Below are positions 57,291-64,000 of a stretch of DNA of 64,000 nt, piece by piece; position 1 is the first letter of the stretch; the number at the start of each line of letters is the position of its first letter. Below the pieces are notes generated by a model. That model worked only from the letters and a program-made list of their open reading frames with translations, did not search any database and was not told the origin of the DNA. The position numbers and the translations under genes are program-made. The stretch comes from Octopus vulgaris (lineage: Eukaryota), in assembly GCA_951406725.2 (NCBI GenBank), contig OX597818.1, positions 19,468,001-19,532,000 on the forward strand. The letters run 5' to 3'.

Positions 57291-58838
57291 GATAATTTTA
57301 CGCTAATCCTGCATCTTACAACGCTGAGTTGTAACACCTTTTACAGCTAAATAGACTGTGTCATTTAAAAGTTGAGTATACTGGCGAAATACACGGGCAC
57401 ATAGCCAGTGATGAGGTTTTGGAGCGAGAACTTTCGTTCCGCAATGCGATATCTCACCGACACTACGAAGCAGCTTATTTATAGATTTAACAGTCGAATA
57501 AATATTTCCTTTTTTAATTTATAAGACTTGTTAGAAATCATGACATCCTTTGAAAATTTATTCAGCACAAAACCTCTCGAATTTCTTGATGATAAAAGCA
57601 GGGGAGAATATCGTGTATCCCGTGTCAACTAGCAAACTGGCTTTTAACATTAAGGTCGTTTGTTGGAATTAGTAGTTTTCTAATTCGTATATTTCAGTCG
57701 TTTAAAACACAGTAATATACACCACAATTTAATTCGATCGACTATTGCCGCTGCTTGTGCTAATACTACTACCAACACCACCACCACCACCATCACCACT
57801 ACCACAACTACCAAGATCACAACCACCACCACCACCATATCGCAACCACTACTATTACTACTACTACGACCACCACCATCACCACCGTCACCACCACCAC
57901 CAGCATACTACTGCTGCTGCTGCTACTAGTACTACTACTACTATTGCTACTACCATCGTTTTTTAAGTTTTTTGTTTTTTTTAATTTGATTACTCTACCG
58001 TCTACACAAACACCTTAAATATGAAAGGACCAGTGGTAAATATGAAAGGTTTAGTGGTTAGAGTGTTTGGCTCGTGATCATAAAGTCGCGGGATCAGTTA
58101 CTAGGCCAGACAGCGTGTTGTGTCCTTAAGCAAGGCACTTCATTTTGTGTTGCAACAGTCTACTCAACTGTAAATGATAACCATCTGGTTGCTGGTGCCA
58201 CCCTCTCTCCAATCAACTATCACATCTTAGATATTCCACTGGGTTAAGGCGATTGGACTCAGAAGGAGTCTACTCTGCACGTAATTTATATATTTGCCTA
58301 AAACAGTTAGCAAAAACACAGTACATACTACCAAGCCATACTTGTTCGGGAGTGACAGCCAACTGTACTGTACTTTCAAGTCATGACCACCTCATTCTTT
58401 ATAACGTATTAACATATAACGCATTTTAGACTGCATTATTCAATGAGTCATTTTTAAAAGTGTGATCTGAAGCAACTTTGACCGTTATTTTTGCAATATC
58501 AAGCAATTGCACAGAAACTTTCTTACTGGCTTGTATTTAATTTTTGGAGGGAACGGAGTGGGGGGTCTGAAAGCCACTCATATACTACAGGCACACCACT
58601 ACGTAATATCTGCAACTAGAACTCTTTTAAATTTGTGTTTATCCATATTTCCTGTGGCCTTTTCTTTGACAGTCATGCCAGCTAAAACTATGCATAAATC
58701 TATTGTGCAGTGTTTTTCAAACAGACAAATAACACCCACATTGCCCCATCAAAATATTTGTGAAAATGTTTATTAATGGAAAGACAAAAACAAAGTCAAT
58801 ATTCTAAAAGCTTTCAATCAGTTTAATTTTATTAAACA

Positions 58839-59233
58839 CTAGCAGTATCGCCCGGCGTTGCTCAGGTTTGTAAGGGAAATAACTATATAAGCATTTTTAG
58901 AGAGTTATAGCCAAAAAATAGCAAAAAATGCATTAAAAATGGAAAAAAATTATGGAAATTTTTTTTTTAATCGTTGACTCATCGTAGACATTTTTAGAGA
59001 GTTACTTCCCTTATATAATAGCGAAAAATTGCATTAAAATGGAAAAAAATGATGGTAATTTTTTTTTTAAATCGTAGACTCATCGTAGACGCGCGCTAAT
59101 ACCCAGAAGGGCTCGATATGAATCACGACTATAAGATACCCGGTTTTGGTTAAACTGCACCGCAAAATGTGGGAGTAGTTAGGAATCTAAATCGTAGGAG
59201 ACAGACACACAACTTCTATTTTATATATAAAGA
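58839..59233 (-). mobile_element. Non-autonomous Helitron with a shared 3' end and a different 5' body
   Basis: The first ~110 bp match the 15559 and 41921 copies, followed by internal direct repeats and a distinct TC terminus. Confidence 0.8.
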
Positions 59234-60302
59234 TTGTACCTTATTCAGTCCTCACAGCCCCTGCTCCAAAAAGAAACGCTGACGTAGACGATCTGTTTGT
59301 CAGAACTATAGATCCGATTTCTTTGCTTTTCTTATGCAGGAGTATCACACATAAGGAAATCAGACGATATGACTCCGACACCTCTAACTCTTTTGATAAC
59401 ACTTACGAGAGAAATCCACAATATGTCCGTCAATTGTACAGCGCAAGGTTGCTCGAAATGTGTCGATTGAGTTCAGCTGTTTGGGCGCTGACAATTTGGC
59501 TCTGCTGTCTGGAAAATTAGTCTGTTTTTGTTTACAGTACTTTCGGTGATGGAAGCAAAAACAAGCATGCGCACGCAGAAATATACATATACACACAGAA
59601 AGAATTTGAGAGAGAAGGAGGAGGGCGAGCCATTACAATTTCCATATCCTTATACACAGAGAAAAATACTTACACACATAAAGTGAAAGAGTGGAAGTGG
59701 GGAAGAGAACAAGAAAAGCATTAAAATGAGAGAAATGTTAAAACGCCTATTGTCAAAGCAGTCAGCATCGAATCAGCGACACCAAATAAGCAGTGCCGAA
59801 ACAGCTGTAACAAAACGTCTCATACTCCATGTTGCCCCTACTACTGTTATGTGAACATTCGCAATGTCAATAGGCCAGCGCCACGTTGATCTTACGACAG
59901 CTATGTAATCATAGGTCATTTGCAATTTAAGTATTTTCGTAACAGGTTCAACACAATACAGTATAGATGATATGAACTCCTTATTGGTTTACCGAGTAGC
60001 ATAGTAAGGATTCAGAGAACTCGGAGGAAATGACAAATACCATCACTTTAACTAACAGACATGACAAGCCAGAAGAAATGTTGCGGCTCTTTTGCCCCGG
60101 CGCCCATGACGACTTTCTCTCCGTCGCCTTTCTCTTGCTATATCTCTGGATAACCGCGCTTTTGTGTACATAGCATATTTTAGATATGTCTCTGTCTCGT
60201 ACGTTCCAAAGCGAGAGAAAGAGAATGGAATGGATAATCTAACGTTTCAGGCTTAGTCCTTCATCAGACAAAACGCAGACTAATTCAGAAAAGACTAATT
60301 CT

Positions 60303-60538
60303 TTTAAAGCCTAGCCAGGCTCATGGGCGCGGTTTCCCGGTTTCTGTGGCGTATGTGTTCCCCAGCTGGACGAGACGCCAGTCCATTGCAGCGTTACTCA
60401 TTTTTGCTAGCTGAGTGGACTGGAGCAACGTGAAATGAAGTGTTTTGCTCAAGAACATAACGCGTCGCCCGGTCCAGGAATCGAAACCACAATCCTACGA
60501 TCATGATGCTGACACCCTAACCACTAAGTCACGCGCCT

Positions 60539-60540
<2 letters not shown>
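60303..60540 (-). mobile_element. tRNA-derived SINE family C, short-tail form
   Basis: Head GGAGGCGCGTGACTTAGTGGTTAGGGTG; the body matches 22810-22970 and a head-only copy lies at 61820. Confidence 0.85.
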
Positions 60541-60582
<42 letters not shown>

Positions 60583-60713
60583 CTAGATATATTTATATCT
60601 GTGTGTGTGTGAGTAGAATAAACAAAAGTGCAACATAGAACTTTGGATGTATGTCGTGCCTGATATGTTATTTTACACAAAGTAACAAATATATATACCT
60701 ATATATACATGCA

Positions 60714-60772
<59 letters not shown>

Positions 60773-61499
60773 GTGTGTGTGCACGCGTATGTATGTATGT
60801 GCCTGCGTGCGTGTTATATATAGCATACCAATCTTGAATTTGGGAGCTGCAATTTAATCCTTTTTTAATGTTGAAATCTTTACTTGTTATAAAGATCTTT
60901 GTTTATCTTTCGACAGAAGTTAAGTAGTTTTCCCTTAGAGGTTTATTATTTTACTATCTTAATGTTAACCGTTGACATTACTTTAAACTGGAGCTTAGGC
61001 GCAGCAGAATCGGTAGTGTCAGTTACTCCTTTACGATCTCAAGTAGGTCGAAGTTTGTTTCTTTTACAGGCGATATACTGTTATCGATCCAGTCGGTTAT
61101 CCCCCTTCCATCCACAAACTAGAGTTGTAGACAATATTGTTACTTGTTAAACCTTGGTTTGAAGTCCTTGTGACTTAATGGTTATGCTATTGGCCTCACT
61201 ACCATTAGGTCGAGTATACGATTCTTGGTTAGGACGGCACGTTGTGTCCTTGCGCACAGTGTTTGATTTCAATCTATTGCAGTCTGCTCAATTGAAATGA
61301 GTAAAAAACGACCGCGGTAACTATTATATTTATTCAGTTTTGTCTCTCATTGTTTTGAATTCATACCTTGTTGATATCAACATTGTCTTTCAATTTCTTA
61401 CTGCGTAGATAATAAAATACGTACCAGTTTTGTTATAGGCATTGATTCGTTAACAATAAACCCACGTATGTTCAATTGTCAATGTTAATATCAAACATT

Positions 61500-61718
61500 G
61501 CCAAGGTGGCGAGCTGGCAAAATCGTTAGCACGCCGAGCAAAATGCTGCTAAGCATTTCATCCGTCTTTACGTTCAGAGTTCAAATTCTGCCGAGGTGGT
61601 CTTTGCCTTTCATCCTTTCAGGGTCGATAGAATAAGTGCGACTTGAGTACTGTGGTCGATGCAGTCGACTTAATCCGCCACGAAAGTTGTTGACCTTGTG
61701 TCAAATTTGAAACCAATA
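61500..61718 (+). mobile_element. SINE family A
   Basis: aaggtggcgagctggcaaaatcgttagcacgccg consensus. Confidence 0.8.
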
Positions 61719-62157
61719 TTAAACTTTTCTGAATTAGTCTTACTCACACACACACACAGATATAAATATATCTAGATATGTGTGTGTGTGTGTGTGTGTC
61801 TGTGTGTGTGTGTGTGTGTGGAGGCGCGTGGCTTAGTGGTTAGGGTGTCAGCATCATGATCGTAGGATTCCATCTAGGCTAGTGACGTACATTGGCTGGT
61901 AATATGCCATACGGTTTCACCATTTTGTCCGCAGATTCTGCACTTATCACTCTTTCTGTTGTGTGTCTATTCTGTATTGTATGTAGTTCGTTCTTAGTGC
62001 TTGCTCTTGGGCAGCACAGATTAGAGCCTCCGTTTCCAGTTTTAAATCACTTTTAGTCATCCACAGCCATCTTTTTTCTCTGCCTGTCTTATCTTCAACA
62101 TCCCTATGAAATTGACCATGCATTCTTTTCTTTACTTACCTATTGTTGTTGTTGTTG

Positions 62158-62219
<62 letters not shown>

Positions 62220-63584
62220 GAGTGAGAGAAGTGCATGCCATCAAAGTGACACTGGGGTAAAATATACGAAACCCAGTATATCCATCATGACTACCAATTT
62301 GATAAGGGCGTACCAAGTACATGCATCACAACCATGTGTGTGACATGGGGATTTCATATCAAGATTAACAGCGCATGGCCTTGCAGGTGAACCCCAGTTA
62401 GAATTTTCTTCGGGTCGAGTAGCTCATCCCGCTCAAAAGGTCTCTGAATAAGGGTTGTTTAAGGATGTTGAACGAAATACCCATGTTTCTAGAGGTAAAT
62501 TACCCAAACCCCAAAGAATTCCTCTCAACGCATGGCTATGATGCTCCCCTACTACATATCGTCAGCCACTAAGGGACATGCTCAACTGATTAAGGTCAAG
62601 CAACTGACAAGCAAATATGTGGTATTGAGCAGAATATTTGCCGTAGCCCATCATTTATACCAAGACAAAACAATGTACATGATAACACTTCCAATCAGTT
62701 AAGATCAGAAGCCATGAGAGTCACTGCCTGGTACTGCCTCAGGATGGTATAAGGTTTTATTTTTCATTTTGAGGCTTTACAATTGTTTTCTCATTTTCTT
62801 TCTGATGAATACTGATCCTAAAATAAAACCATTTAAAAAACAAAATGTGCACACTCACACATTAAACTTAATTATTCCTCGGTTTAACTCTACCATCTGG
62901 AGCTTACGTGTCTGTAGCGGAGTCCACTCTGTTGTAAGCTTTCGATGGTAGTCTCACTTCTATCAGATTCGGAGGCTCTTCTTCCTCTGACTAAACGCTA
63001 TGGAAGTAAATGAGTGTAAAGGAAAACAACTAAAGAAGTAATTAGAAACCATTGAAACATGTGTCATACATGTTCAATGTAGATGACGTATTAGATAAAA
63101 GGAAAAGAAACTAATATGAAAAATGAGAGAAAACATAAGAAAGAAACATGAACGTGAAGGGAAAAGGAGCCAAGAAGGATAAAGAGAGTTGAAAACAAAA
63201 ATAAGAAGAATGAGAAGAAAAAGAGGGAAAAGAGCAATTTTGGTTCTTCTGTTTAGTTTTTCGGGAACATTATGACCTGCAGATCTAAAAATAGACTCAG
63301 GCTTCATTGGAACAAAATCCTTAACAGTTGCAAAGTATGTATTTCTATGCAATAAAATGACTAACTGCCTGCATAAGGTACAGTGAATTTATATATGTGT
63401 GTAAGGGTGTATATAAACGTGTCGGCGTATGAACAAGTAATACACACACGCACGCACGCACACATACACACGCACGCACACACACACACACTATATGAAA
63501 ATTTCATTCCAAAAGTTTCCTGCCATTCTGCTGTTCAAAAAGATTTGTTTTTTTAAATATCTTTTTTGTCTTTCATGTTTTATC

Positions 63585-63800
63585 TGTTTCAGTCATTTGA
63601 CTGCGGCCATGCTGGGGCACTGCCTTGAAGGGTTTTAATCGAATAAATCGACCCTACGATTGTTTTTTAAGCCTAGTACTTATTCTATTGGTCTCTTTTG
63701 CGGAACTGCTATGTTACGGAGACATAAACACTCGAATACCGTTGTCAAGCGGTGGTGGCGGACAAACACAGACACAAAGATGTGCGTGCTCACACACACA
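63585..63800 (-). mobile_element. SINE family B tail
   Basis: Reverse complement of the family B 3' half. Confidence 0.75.
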
Positions 63801-63805
63801 CACAT

Positions 63806-63917
<112 letters not shown>

Positions 63918-64000
63918 TTATTATTATTATTATAATTATTAGTAGAGAATATTAGTTCCAAGTACACAGGAAAAAGACATTCAAATTAGATGTACTAAAA

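Noticed and set aside
57745-57966. Pro/His/Thr-rich ORF
   Set aside because: Trinucleotide (CAC/TAC) microsatellite; 31360-31450 is similar.

Overview
AT-rich, microsatellite-dense eukaryotic DNA. The tRNA-derived SINE families and overall repeat landscape look like an octopus (coleoid cephalopod) genome; this is an inference from memory, not a database match. Only one convincing protein-coding region is present: an uninterrupted 315-aa ORF (49801-50748, +) encoding a small heat-shock protein with two alpha-crystallin domains (p40/major-egg-antigen-like). It lies just behind a splice acceptor, so much of the upstream sequence may be a long first intron. The rest is a transposon record. It includes a full-length but decayed Chapaev3-type DNA transposon with intact termini and TAA duplication (47534-49709), Tc1, mariner and DD37D fossils, non-autonomous Helitrons, hAT/Tigger-like and long-TIR MITEs, Tx1/RTE/CR1-type LINE fragments, many SINEs, several degenerate hammerhead-ribozyme motifs and telomere-like (CCCTAA) arrays. 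A ~4.2-4.5 kb segment occurs twice, and one copy sits between the two halves of a mariner. Nearly all other ORFs in the track are microsatellite or SINE artefacts. I found no clear evidence of a wholly new biological system. The best leads are the double-domain sHSP locus with a transposon beside its acceptor, the hammerhead candidates, the near-perfect hairpins and the duplication inside the mariner.
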